From a virus (lineage: Duplodnaviria > Caudoviricetes), in the IMG/VR virus record IMGVR_UViG_3300021389_000029, positions 1-54,338 of that record: a stretch of 54,338 nt of DNA; one strand, given 5' to 3'. How positions within the stretch are numbered: the stretch's first letter is position 1; every line of letters begins with the position of its first letter. The translations under genes were made by a program, and so were the position numbers. Under the pieces are notes generated by a model. It did not search any database. It saw nothing but the letters and a program-made list of their open reading frames with translations, and was not told the DNA's origin. Below are positions 19,701-28,155 of this stretch, one piece after another.

Positions 19701-22700
19701 ATATGATACATGTAATGTAAATAATTATGCGTATAGAGTTGCTATAGATTCATCTGATAAGAAAAACATTCACCAGATGTCAGAGGAAGATTTTGAATTT
19801 GCATTGAAAGCTTATAATTTTTATGAACAAACTGGTTCAAGCCCTTTCAATGTAACTTTGACAGCTGTCGGTGGGTTGACTTATGATGACGTGAAAAATT
19901 CCCTTACAATTTCTGGTATAGAAAATCCATTTTCTGATGAAATATTAAATCTATTTGTTTCTGGTGTAACTGCAATTCCAAATCCATCTGATGTACCTGT
20001 TAAAATTAATGATATTACAGATCGATATATTTTAGATGATGGATCAAAATTTAATGTTTTAGGCCTTGGTAAAGTAAAAATTAAAGGCGCGGGAGAATCT
20101 TGTAAAGGTAGGCCTATTATAGTGTATTCGTATTGGTCACATGGTGTAGGAGACTATGCTTCGGTAGATTCTTATCCAGATTATGAACTTATTGGAAATT
20201 TTGATAATATCAGATTGTCTGATGTTTTTGATTTCAGACCTGCATTAGAATGGTCTCAACTCGATGGGACGGGCGGATTAGTTGGCGGTGGATGGCCAAA
20301 TGTACTAGGTGTTGTAAATAGTCCATCTGGAGATTACCCCAGAACGGGTAGTGCTATCAGCGCCGATTTACGGGGATATTTGGGTCGTAAAGATAAACTT
20401 TATGCAACAGAAAAAGGTAAATTTTTAATAAAATATGGCAGTTCTTCTATATCTCCTCAAATGCCCGATGATCCTGTAAATGGAATGGTTTTATATGAAT
20501 TAACGACATTACCATATACTGAGGGTCCAGAATCTATATCAATTTCGATGATGGATAATAGAAGATATACCATGAAGGATATTGGAAAATTGGAAAAAAG
20601 AATTTCCAATTTGGAATATTATACATCTCTCAATCTTTTAGAAAAAGATACAATGGATATGAAAGTTACAGATGCCGATGGAAATGATAGATTTAAAAAT
20701 GGGTTCATTGTAGATCAGTTTCAAAATCATAGTGTTGGTGCAACAGCAGATCCAGATTATAGAGTTGCTATTGACAGCAATAGGGGAGAACTGAGACCAT
20801 TCCATACATCAAAAAATGTTAATCTTGCTATCAACACATTAGAATCTAGTGGGTATGCTCTTAAAGAACAGAAAATTTACTTGCCATATACTAGTGAACA
20901 GGTTATGGCACAAGAAAAATCATCTAAAACTATCAACGTAAATCCATTTGCTATTTTCTCATTTAGAGGAAGTTTGCAACTTTTCCCTTCGACTGATGAT
21001 TGGAAAGAAACCAATCAGGCTCCAGATATTGTAACAGATAAAAGAGATGAATATGAGGTATTTGAACATTTACTTCCTGCCGATGGAGTCATGGGTACGG
21101 AATGGGGCGAATGGGAAAATAACTGGACCGGTGTAGTGGAAGGTAGAACTACTGTTACAAAAAACTCATGGGCCCAAAATAAAGCTTTTAAAATCTCGCG
21201 GGGATTGACCAACTGGGGCGTGCCTAGAACTTCGACAAGAACAACACAACAAAAAAGAGTGGGCACAAAAACTCGCACAGGACAACAGACAACCGTGGCG
21301 CCTTTAGATAAAAGAGAAAGTTACGGGACCAAAACTCTGAAAACTGAAGTGATTCCTTATATTCGTTCAAGAAATGTTTATTTCTCTGCTGAAAAAATGA
21401 AACCAAATACCAAATTGTATGCATTTTTTGATGGTGTAGCAGTTTCAGAGTTTTGTGAAAGCACCAGAAAATTCACATTTACGGATACAAATGAGGTTAT
21501 TGCCGAGTGGTTTAAAAACAATAGAGATGTGATAGTAGACAATAGAGGAAATGTTGGTTTGGTAGGAGATACCAGCGAACATAAAGTCAATATATATGAT
21601 GTTGATTGGATCGATTCAACCACTATTACACTACATGTGGGACCGGATAATGTATTTGCACAATTTGGTAGTCGCGATGGTTCATATACTACTGGAGAGC
21701 AAATGACTGTTAGGTGGCCGGATCCAGATAGTCCAACTGGTCTTTCTGAAAAACGTGTAGGAACATTGCCTGCCGGGGATAATGTAATAGCGGCAAATTC
21801 AGATCTCAAAACGGATGAAGCTGGATTTATTTCTGGAATATTTTCATTACCCAATAGTGCAAATATAAGATTTAAAACTGGCGAAAGAATTTTTAGAATG
21901 TCAGACCAAGTAAACAATGCATCTGATGCAGGCACAGAAGGGCAAACAACATATGCTGCAACTGGTATTATAGAAACTGTTGCTGATCAAATTGTCTTGA
22001 CAAGAGTTCCGGAATTTACAGTCACCGATGTTAGTGACGAAGAACCTATTAGTAAACGGCTTCCGCCGATAAATCAAGTTTTTCAGAGTGGTGGCTGGTA
22101 TGATCCACTTGCACAGACAATTATGGTTGATATGGATGGTGGTATGTTTATTAGTGCTGTAGACCTATTCTTTTCCACTAAAGACGATTTTAAACCCGTC
22201 ACATGTCAAATTAGACACACTGTAAACGGATATCCTGGCCCTAAGATTTTGGGCGAAAAAGTCTTATATCCAAAAGATGTAAATATTTCTGAATTAGGTA
22301 CAACACCGACTCAGTTTGTATTCCCTTCTCCAATTTATGTACAAGATCAAACGGAATATTGTATTGTTATCTTAGCAGACACTCAGGGTTATAGATGTCA
22401 TATTTCTAGGATGGGACAAGAAGCCGTCGATGGTAGTGGAACAATTTCTGCTCAACCACATGCGGGTGTGTTCTTTAAATCTCAAAATGCGTCTACTTGG
22501 ACAGCTGATCAAATGGAAGATTTGAAATTTAGAGTACATAGAGCAGTATTTGATACATCTGCTCGCGGCGAGGTAATACTAGAAAACACAGAATATGATG
22601 ATAATAATAACGATCTATGGTCAAAAGAATTTGGTCCACAGAGTATGAAAATAACTGAAAATTCATCAAAAATTACATTTAATATTAATGACACTTCAGG

Positions 22701-23751
22701 ATTTGTTTCGACAGACCGGTGGTCCGGACAAGGATATAACTATGTTACTTTATCAGATTTTCATGGAACATATGATGTATTTCCATCAGAATCTTTTAAC
22801 GGCGACCACTTAGTTACCGAAACGACTTATAATACATTCACTATTGATATGAGAAATAGTTTTTATAAACAGGGATCGTCTTCTCAAAGTATTGCATATT
22901 CTGCAGCTGAATTGCCAACAGCAACTAATACATACACTCCAAAAAGTAATACCGGATTTTTACCTAGATTTAAAAGTAATTTTAAATATGATTTGATGAA
23001 ACCGACTATTCAAACAATAGAATTGCCAAATACTGATATTACTGCACAATTTAGAGGATTGTCTGGAACATCACAAGATTCCAACAAAGTGCCAGGAATC
23101 AAGGATGCAAATTATCAGTATTTTGTACCCAATCAAAATATAGAATTTTCTTCTCCGATGATGATGGCAACAAATACAAATGAAAGACTTTTCAACAGAT
23201 CCGGTACTGCATTAGACAAAAAATCTCTGGCAATAAAATTGAATCTGATAAGCCAATTTGATAATATTTCTCCTGTTGTTGATACACAAAGAATGAGTGC
23301 AATTCTTATATCAAATAAAACGAACAGTCCTTCAAACGCAACTGTTGGACAGAGAGGATATGTCAATACTGGATTTATTGCAGAAACAGAACCAACTAAC
23401 GGTTCAATTGCAACTAAATATATAACAAAGGAAGTCACACTAGAACAGTCATCCACATCTCTGAAGACCGTTGCGTCTGTAAATAAACAGTCGCCATGTG
23501 ATATTGATTTTTACTATAGAATCAAAACTTCAGAAGAACAAGTTTTCGTTGACCGGCCTTGGGTATTAATGGAAAGACCAGATATCTATAGTGTCAACTC
23601 TATAAACGAAGATGATTTCAAAGAGTTTGAATTTGATGTGCAAAATTTACCAGAATTTACTTCTGTTTCGGTAAAAATTGTTATGTCAACTGAAAATTCA
23701 TCTATTGTACCAAAAGTAAAAGACCTAAGAATAATTGCATTGGCGAGTTAA
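16741..23751 (+). CDS. vrlC: VrlC-like / DUF4815 giant virion structural protein
   Basis: LNVTPYFDDYD..KGY.KILFKPG..IQARELTQ.QS.LQ.QI; APGADRLK; LARRTYDESGDY.V.PF; RRYTMKDIGKLEKRI.NLEYYTSL.LLE; RFKNGFIVD.F; DPLAQT; FFKSQNASTW.A.Q.EDLKF; ends P.VKDLR.IALA. Confidence 0.85.
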   Translation: MTLNLNVTPYFDDYDINKGYLKILFKPGNSIQARELTQMQSLLQQQITNLSDHFFKEGAMVIPGQSAIDLNAQYVKVMLPTTLPSANDFVGKIVQGNKTGLKALVVKHVDIFDGNSDGDFTDYAADGDEPTTLYLKYLDGAPAPNTQVNVGSGLVSIQNSVPGTTTFTVNGETVTIDEGATSTFVEGETLVTTGTDGSTLTCEVMSNSVVSRPIGQGTIAFIEEGVYYISGQLVKVQAQSIVLSKYTSEPTAKIGLDISQSVITSNDDSSLLDTSLGSVNYNAPGADRLKVVLTLVKKDIDVVDTSDFVELITVKNGTVAKEAARDDYEILMKTLARRTYDESGDYTVRPFKLDIREYYKENFNDGVFDMSDFVFNTDVEARFWAETKMPEEYGMTIDGVGQSHQITQQDINNYPDQVLDTTQTKYYPGVTHQNLINAVRNKIAIGIESGKAYIKGYEVEPKALSKEGKYLIYDKAREIYKENNEFIPVDLGPYIFVSDMKGLPKINSAVNLVNCHIGKSASEKWVSVPADSNTTSLNIAGMTVDGVAGEIPPVMFDGGAETLTSNVYGIDIVGTAKVKAISYYEDSSSGARSYNHTTGDFRPPVTTQETAIYKLYLYDINFETNPRTNAEYNILDARSVTSQETHGATKVYDFGSNILTKMSMMQQEGNFSRKSLIYQKNNDAIRGIVYDYNSFNGSLLVKELNSGNAGGSNGSVGDTNILPRNRFALNEVIFEAIGVSSGGNFANTGNSTDGTISNTTTTARLFSKSVISNSLGGSIIETGNNWLKTIRSIDDISGTSTVDTQYSVMKEFVTSSSNLGSVTLTLAAADEYFEQTTTLYNVWTPPNGTSLFAGEVGTQSNFSFSSDLKSVTFITTLSSMSNLNVLVPVRKTQSKEKIKTENTQIYMPYTLTSLTGGTISGQNWDSNTTNNDTNNTNTYDIDIASQRSSSSGQLLSTLTGLGVSTDLSLSINEFQLHHSDIVSLKKIYDTCNVNNYAYRVAIDSSDKKNIHQMSEEDFEFALKAYNFYEQTGSSPFNVTLTAVGGLTYDDVKNSLTISGIENPFSDEILNLFVSGVTAIPNPSDVPVKINDITDRYILDDGSKFNVLGLGKVKIKGAGESCKGRPIIVYSYWSHGVGDYASVDSYPDYELIGNFDNIRLSDVFDFRPALEWSQLDGTGGLVGGGWPNVLGVVNSPSGDYPRTGSAISADLRGYLGRKDKLYATEKGKFLIKYGSSSISPQMPDDPVNGMVLYELTTLPYTEGPESISISMMDNRRYTMKDIGKLEKRISNLEYYTSLNLLEKDTMDMKVTDADGNDRFKNGFIVDQFQNHSVGATADPDYRVAIDSNRGELRPFHTSKNVNLAINTLESSGYALKEQKIYLPYTSEQVMAQEKSSKTINVNPFAIFSFRGSLQLFPSTDDWKETNQAPDIVTDKRDEYEVFEHLLPADGVMGTEWGEWENNWTGVVEGRTTVTKNSWAQNKAFKISRGLTNWGVPRTSTRTTQQKRVGTKTRTGQQTTVAPLDKRESYGTKTLKTEVIPYIRSRNVYFSAEKMKPNTKLYAFFDGVAVSEFCESTRKFTFTDTNEVIAEWFKNNRDVIVDNRGNVGLVGDTSEHKVNIYDVDWIDSTTITLHVGPDNVFAQFGSRDGSYTTGEQMTVRWPDPDSPTGLSEKRVGTLPAGDNVIAANSDLKTDEAGFISGIFSLPNSANIRFKTGERIFRMSDQVNNASDAGTEGQTTYAATGIIETVADQIVLTRVPEFTVTDVSDEEPISKRLPPINQVFQSGGWYDPLAQTIMVDMDGGMFISAVDLFFSTKDDFKPVTCQIRHTVNGYPGPKILGEKVLYPKDVNISELGTTPTQFVFPSPIYVQDQTEYCIVILADTQGYRCHISRMGQEAVDGSGTISAQPHAGVFFKSQNASTWTADQMEDLKFRVHRAVFDTSARGEVILENTEYDDNNNDLWSKEFGPQSMKITENSSKITFNINDTSGFVSTDRWSGQGYNYVTLSDFHGTYDVFPSESFNGDHLVTETTYNTFTIDMRNSFYKQGSSSQSIAYSAAELPTATNTYTPKSNTGFLPRFKSNFKYDLMKPTIQTIELPNTDITAQFRGLSGTSQDSNKVPGIKDANYQYFVPNQNIEFSSPMMMATNTNERLFNRSGTALDKKSLAIKLNLISQFDNISPVVDTQRMSAILISNKTNSPSNATVGQRGYVNTGFIAETEPTNGSIATKYITKEVTLEQSSTSLKTVASVNKQSPCDIDFYYRIKTSEEQVFVDRPWVLMERPDIYSVNSINEDDFKEFEFDVQNLPEFTSVSVKIVMSTENSSIVPKVKDLRIIALAS

Positions 23752-23753
23752 AG

Positions 23754-23963
23754 ATGAAAAAAGAAAAAATAAAAGTACAAGATCACGAAGATTATGTGAG
23801 AGATAGTTCCACAAATGCAATTATTAATACCGATATAAAATCATATAAACAGTATATGACAAAAATTAATGCACAAAAACAAACAAAAGAAGATATCCGA
23901 GATTTGCAAAATGAGATGTCAGAAATAAAAGAACTTTTAATAAAGATATTGGAGAAAAAATAA
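23754..23963 (+). CDS. Small conserved hypothetical protein downstream of VrlC-like gene
   Basis: KV.DH..YVRD..TNAIINTD...Y..Y followed by a coiled coil IRDLQNEMSEIKELL. This motif and position are typical of T4-like marine phages. Confidence 0.75.
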   Translation: MKKEKIKVQDHEDYVRDSSTNAIINTDIKSYKQYMTKINAQKQTKEDIRDLQNEMSEIKELLIKILEKK

Positions 23964-23964
23964 A

Positions 23965-25155
23965 ATGGCCGTAGAATATCCAACACTGGTATCTGTTTTA
24001 ACTACAGATACATTCGAAGAATGGCGCAAAAAAACCAATTCTATGATCCTCCACACAGAGGCCGGAAGACAAAACATTGGTGATCTGGGACTTCTAAACA
24101 CCGATAGTAAAGTTTCTATTGTGAATGCAATCAACGAAGTCGATGCCCATGCAGATCAAAACACGCAAAATATTGGCAATTTGTCACTTCTTAATTCAGA
24201 CATTAGTGCTGTAGATTTAGTTTCTGCTATCAATAATAATTATGATTGGCAAAAAATAAATACTGACTCACAAATAGACAAAGAAGTTATTGATAGAAAA
24301 GCAGCAGATTCTGCAATTCAATCTGAATTGGATTTAACCCAAACATCTTTGGGTATACTTTCTAATGGAACATTTAATATTATGGTTGGTAGTAATTATC
24401 TTAGTACTGCTAACAATTTGCAGGGTGCGGTGTCCTTATTGGATGCAGCCACCAAGACTAAGGCAGATTTATTAGACACTCTGATAGCCACTATAGGCAG
24501 TGACTCTACGGCTAAATTTGATTGGTCTGATAGTACGGTAAACTATTTGACAGTAGAATCGGATGGCAGTGCAAATATCAAAAAGAATATGGTAATTCTC
24601 GATCAGAGAATTAAAACTAATACAGACGCCCAACTTGCAAACACAACTGCTGTAGAATTAAATTTAATTAAAATACAAAATATTATTGCATCTTTGGGTG
24701 TTGATAGTGTGCAGGGTACTATGGTTCCGGATGCAGAGAATGATTATGCAACTTCTGCAAATATTGTGACTAATGTTAGGTTATTGGATAATGAAATTAG
24801 AACATTGGATGACAGACTAGATGGCGAAATTGAAATAAAACTCGACGCATTACGTGCTGATATAGAGAAGAGAACTAAAATAGAAGATGTTGGAACTGTC
24901 TCAAATTTAAGTGATGGTTTAAATGGAACTACTATCATAGATGCAATAAATATTGTTTATGGTCTCTTGAAACCCATTGCAGATGATTATAATAATAATG
25001 GCGGTTTTGTGAGACGAAATAAGGTCGATGGTGATAGTATGAATAATGGACTAGACATAAACGATGGCGATTTAAAAGTGCAAGGGGCTGCAGGGACTTC
25101 AAGGCGGATTACTTGCACCGGAGATATTGTAGCATATATCGGTTCTGTTGCATAA
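23965..25155 (+). CDS. Fibre / fibritin-like coiled-coil virion protein
   Basis: N-terminal V..TDTFEEWR.KTN anchor motif; repeated IG.L..L......IV.AIN and NYL.....LLD units; C-terminal beta region ending ITCTGDIVAY. Confidence 0.7.
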   Translation: MAVEYPTLVSVLTTDTFEEWRKKTNSMILHTEAGRQNIGDLGLLNTDSKVSIVNAINEVDAHADQNTQNIGNLSLLNSDISAVDLVSAINNNYDWQKINTDSQIDKEVIDRKAADSAIQSELDLTQTSLGILSNGTFNIMVGSNYLSTANNLQGAVSLLDAATKTKADLLDTLIATIGSDSTAKFDWSDSTVNYLTVESDGSANIKKNMVILDQRIKTNTDAQLANTTAVELNLIKIQNIIASLGVDSVQGTMVPDAENDYATSANIVTNVRLLDNEIRTLDDRLDGEIEIKLDALRADIEKRTKIEDVGTVSNLSDGLNGTTIIDAINIVYGLLKPIADDYNNNGGFVRRNKVDGDSMNNGLDINDGDLKVQGAAGTSRRITCTGDIVAYIGSVA

Positions 25156-25158
25156 ATA
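25152..25158 (+). promoter_or_regulatory. Late promoter variant (cATAAATA) overlapping the upstream stop codon
   Basis: 7/8 match to TATAAATA, 20 nt upstream of the ATG at 25178. Confidence 0.6.
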
Positions 25159-25177
25159 AACAAAAAGAGTACAAAAC

Positions 25178-28120
25178 ATGGCGATACCAAAATCAGGAAA
25201 AATATCATTATCTGAAATTGTTGTAAATTTTAGTCCAGAAAAAAACACTGCATCTCATGCAATAAGTGAATATTATAGGGCTCATCCAAATGGAAATGTA
25301 AAAGATTTTGTCAGTAATAGAAATATCCCATTATATAGATCTGCTGGTATTCCTAGAGAAATAAAATGGTCAGATTTTCATGGATCTGGATTGCAATCTG
25401 AATATTATTGGCCAATTCCAGAACTTTGTACAGACTCATTTCATCTTTTTGGAAAGGGTGTTGAGAATTGGGATGGAGTGAAAGATTCAACTAATGAATA
25501 TGTAGGACGCGATGATACTGAAGCTTCAATGACAATACCAGTTTTTAATGAACAAGCAACAATATCTATCCCTCCATTGAAATTTGATATTGGAAGCGAG
25601 CTGGGCGAAGATTTGAGATATGAAAGAATTTTAGAAAATACTTCTACTGTTGCAAAAAATTTGGGATTGCCTACAACTAGTTTTACCTCTGGTCACTGGC
25701 AAATGATAGTACCTAAAAAATTCAAAAGACTCAAGATTATGGTAGTTTCTGGTGGTGGTTCTGGTAGTGTCCAGAAAACTATTGTGTCTGGCGATCAATT
25801 GAAAAATAAAAAAACAAAAGGTATTGTAGAAAATGGTTATGATGGTGGAAATTCTACCGTTTGGTTAGAAACTGCATCTATAAATCTGTCCGGCGGCGCC
25901 GGCGGGGGAGATGTTTCTAAAGATGGTGGGGTTATCAAGTCTGGTAATGAATACGATCAGACATTATCAACAACAGAAAATCCTATTGTAACTGGTGGTT
26001 TTGCAACTTCATATGAAAACAAATCAGCTGATACGCCGACAGAATATATAATATCTGATACAATGGTTCCTGATAATGGTAGTATTTCTTTTGGACGAAA
26101 TAATTTTCCCATCAACATTTTGCACAAAATTGGACGTCCTAAAGAACTTCGTGGACATGCTACGAATCGCGAAAGCGGCCTTGGTGAAGATTCTCTGTTC
26201 GGCACTGGCGGCACGCCAGGAATTGAATATACATATGCTGGAGAACGGCAAATAGATATAACACAAGTGCCGGATAGCTCATTTGGTGTTGGTGGTGCTG
26301 CAGGGCAACATGGGGGTCGTGGATCGGATGAAACTGGTTATACAGGAACCCAAGCAGGACAGAGTGGGGTGACAGGATATTTTGGGGATTTTGAAGTAAA
26401 TGGGGGCGATATTGTAAATATCAATGTTGGCGCTGGAGGAAAAAGTTCTATTAATTATTATCAAGATTTTGATCCCGAAACTGCTTCTGATGATTATGAC
26501 GGCATGTCCAATACTCGAATTTCTGAATCTGGTTATGGTGGAAATGGAGTTGTGCAAATAATTGGGTCTTATGGACATTCTCATTCCAAATTGAGTCATC
26601 CTGGCTGGATACTGGAAGATGAATTAGGTAATATTTTATCATCTTCTTATGCACGAAGTTATTCCGTTCGCGGAGAGACAACATTTCAAGGAGCAATGAC
26701 TTCTGCCAGAACTATTGACGTAATGGGATCGAATGATGTAAACAATCCAAAAATGTACCGATTAAGATTTAGTGCAAGAATTGGAAAAAATGGCGATGTA
26801 CCTATGAAAACAACCTTCTGTCACATAGGAAAAAAATCAGTAAAAGTAAAAGCATTGACGAAAAAAATATTTTTGAATAGTCCTATTTTAGAAAAATTAT
26901 ATGAAAATCCCGATGCATCTTTGGATGTAGAACAAGTAACCGGCGTTTATATGCCTAGGGGGGAGACCGACTATGAAGAAGTAGATAATTGGTTCATTCC
27001 AACATGTCCTGTTAAGTTTGAATTGACACATAGAGGATCGTATAATAACACAGCGACATTTACAAAAGTGCCATCTACTGCTGTATCACAATCGCGCGGC
27101 GGCGGGCCAGATACTTTTACTTTAAGCAAAAGTAAAAGTGTAATAGAATTCACAATGGCATCAAGAGAAAGATATGTATTAAAACCACAAAATTTGGATG
27201 GAACAGGTAGAAGTAAATCTTCATCTAATAGGCTTGCATCTTTTGTAAGAAGTAGAAATCAAATGCAATTAGATGAAAGTGGTGGAATGAACTCTTTTGC
27301 AAATGCTGACATGGCAATTAAATATACTGGTATGGGTGGGTTTTACTTGAGCTCAAATACTTTTTCCCCAGTTCGAATTGATAAAACCAACTCGGCATCT
27401 TCCGGTGTACAAACTCATCATCTTGCACATCGAATTAATAATCTGAACGGTAATGGCATGGTATTGACCGAATATAATAGTAATTGGACAATCGGCGGTG
27501 GAACGTTTGGTTCACCCAAAACTTTAAATTCTAGTAATTTTCCAGATTTATTTGAAAATAAAACAGTAGCTTGGGAAACTTCCGAAGATGGTATAGATAG
27601 TAAACAAGTCTATTGGATTAAAGATGGTTGGGAATCTCTTGCTAGAAGTATTTTTTCCGACTCTGGCGGAGCTACAAATACTACTCATTTTAGTTGTGGT
27701 TATAGAGGTAATGCACAAAATGGTACTGGAACAACCGTAGCACATACATGGGTGAAGAAAAAAGATAAATGGTGGGATGTGAACATCAAGCCATCACACT
27801 GTTGTACTGCGGCTGAGAATCGTGGTATAATGACTTTCACAGAAGTTAAAAAACTTCGGGCCTGGCACAGAAAACAACCTATAATCTGGCAAGAAGGATA
27901 TGATATCTGGGGCAAAGTAATCGCTGATACTCTTATTTCAAAATCTGATTGGTCGTCCAGAAGAGTTGTAGATTATTATAAACATAAAATATATGGAAAA
28001 AGATCATTTGGTTCTACTCTTGCAGATATAGTGATATATCCTATATCTATGATTGTTGGTACATATGTGTGTGTATCTAAGGGATTATCAAAACTATTTA
28101 GACGGACAAAACCGTTATAA
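25178..28120 (+). CDS. Putative fibre-tip adhesin / receptor-binding protein with glycine-rich domain
   Basis: N-terminal MAIP.SG.ISLS.I...F......ISEYYR...IP......I.WSDF.G adhesin-attachment motif; glycine-rich SGGGSG, GGAGGG, VGAGG, GYGGNGVVQI; distinct basic, Cys-led C-terminal domain. Confidence 0.65.
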   Translation: MAIPKSGKISLSEIVVNFSPEKNTASHAISEYYRAHPNGNVKDFVSNRNIPLYRSAGIPREIKWSDFHGSGLQSEYYWPIPELCTDSFHLFGKGVENWDGVKDSTNEYVGRDDTEASMTIPVFNEQATISIPPLKFDIGSELGEDLRYERILENTSTVAKNLGLPTTSFTSGHWQMIVPKKFKRLKIMVVSGGGSGSVQKTIVSGDQLKNKKTKGIVENGYDGGNSTVWLETASINLSGGAGGGDVSKDGGVIKSGNEYDQTLSTTENPIVTGGFATSYENKSADTPTEYIISDTMVPDNGSISFGRNNFPINILHKIGRPKELRGHATNRESGLGEDSLFGTGGTPGIEYTYAGERQIDITQVPDSSFGVGGAAGQHGGRGSDETGYTGTQAGQSGVTGYFGDFEVNGGDIVNINVGAGGKSSINYYQDFDPETASDDYDGMSNTRISESGYGGNGVVQIIGSYGHSHSKLSHPGWILEDELGNILSSSYARSYSVRGETTFQGAMTSARTIDVMGSNDVNNPKMYRLRFSARIGKNGDVPMKTTFCHIGKKSVKVKALTKKIFLNSPILEKLYENPDASLDVEQVTGVYMPRGETDYEEVDNWFIPTCPVKFELTHRGSYNNTATFTKVPSTAVSQSRGGGPDTFTLSKSKSVIEFTMASRERYVLKPQNLDGTGRSKSSSNRLASFVRSRNQMQLDESGGMNSFANADMAIKYTGMGGFYLSSNTFSPVRIDKTNSASSGVQTHHLAHRINNLNGNGMVLTEYNSNWTIGGGTFGSPKTLNSSNFPDLFENKTVAWETSEDGIDSKQVYWIKDGWESLARSIFSDSGGATNTTHFSCGYRGNAQNGTGTTVAHTWVKKKDKWWDVNIKPSHCCTAAENRGIMTFTEVKKLRAWHRKQPIIWQEGYDIWGKVIADTLISKSDWSSRRVVDYYKHKIYGKRSFGSTLADIVIYPISMIVGTYVCVSKGLSKLFRRTKPL

Positions 28121-28123
28121 ATA
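28116..28123 (+). promoter_or_regulatory. T4-type late promoter (TATAAATA) overlapping the upstream stop codon
   Basis: Exact consensus; AGGA at 28142-28145 follows. Confidence 0.85.
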
Positions 28124-28155
28124 GGTATGAACTAAAATATTAGGAATTGATGCAA

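Noticed and set aside
8707-23751. Inteins, introns or homing endonucleases explaining the very long gp7 and VrlC genes
   Set aside because: No intein splice-junction, LAGLIDADG, HNH or GIY-YIG motifs were seen, and the frames are uninterrupted.
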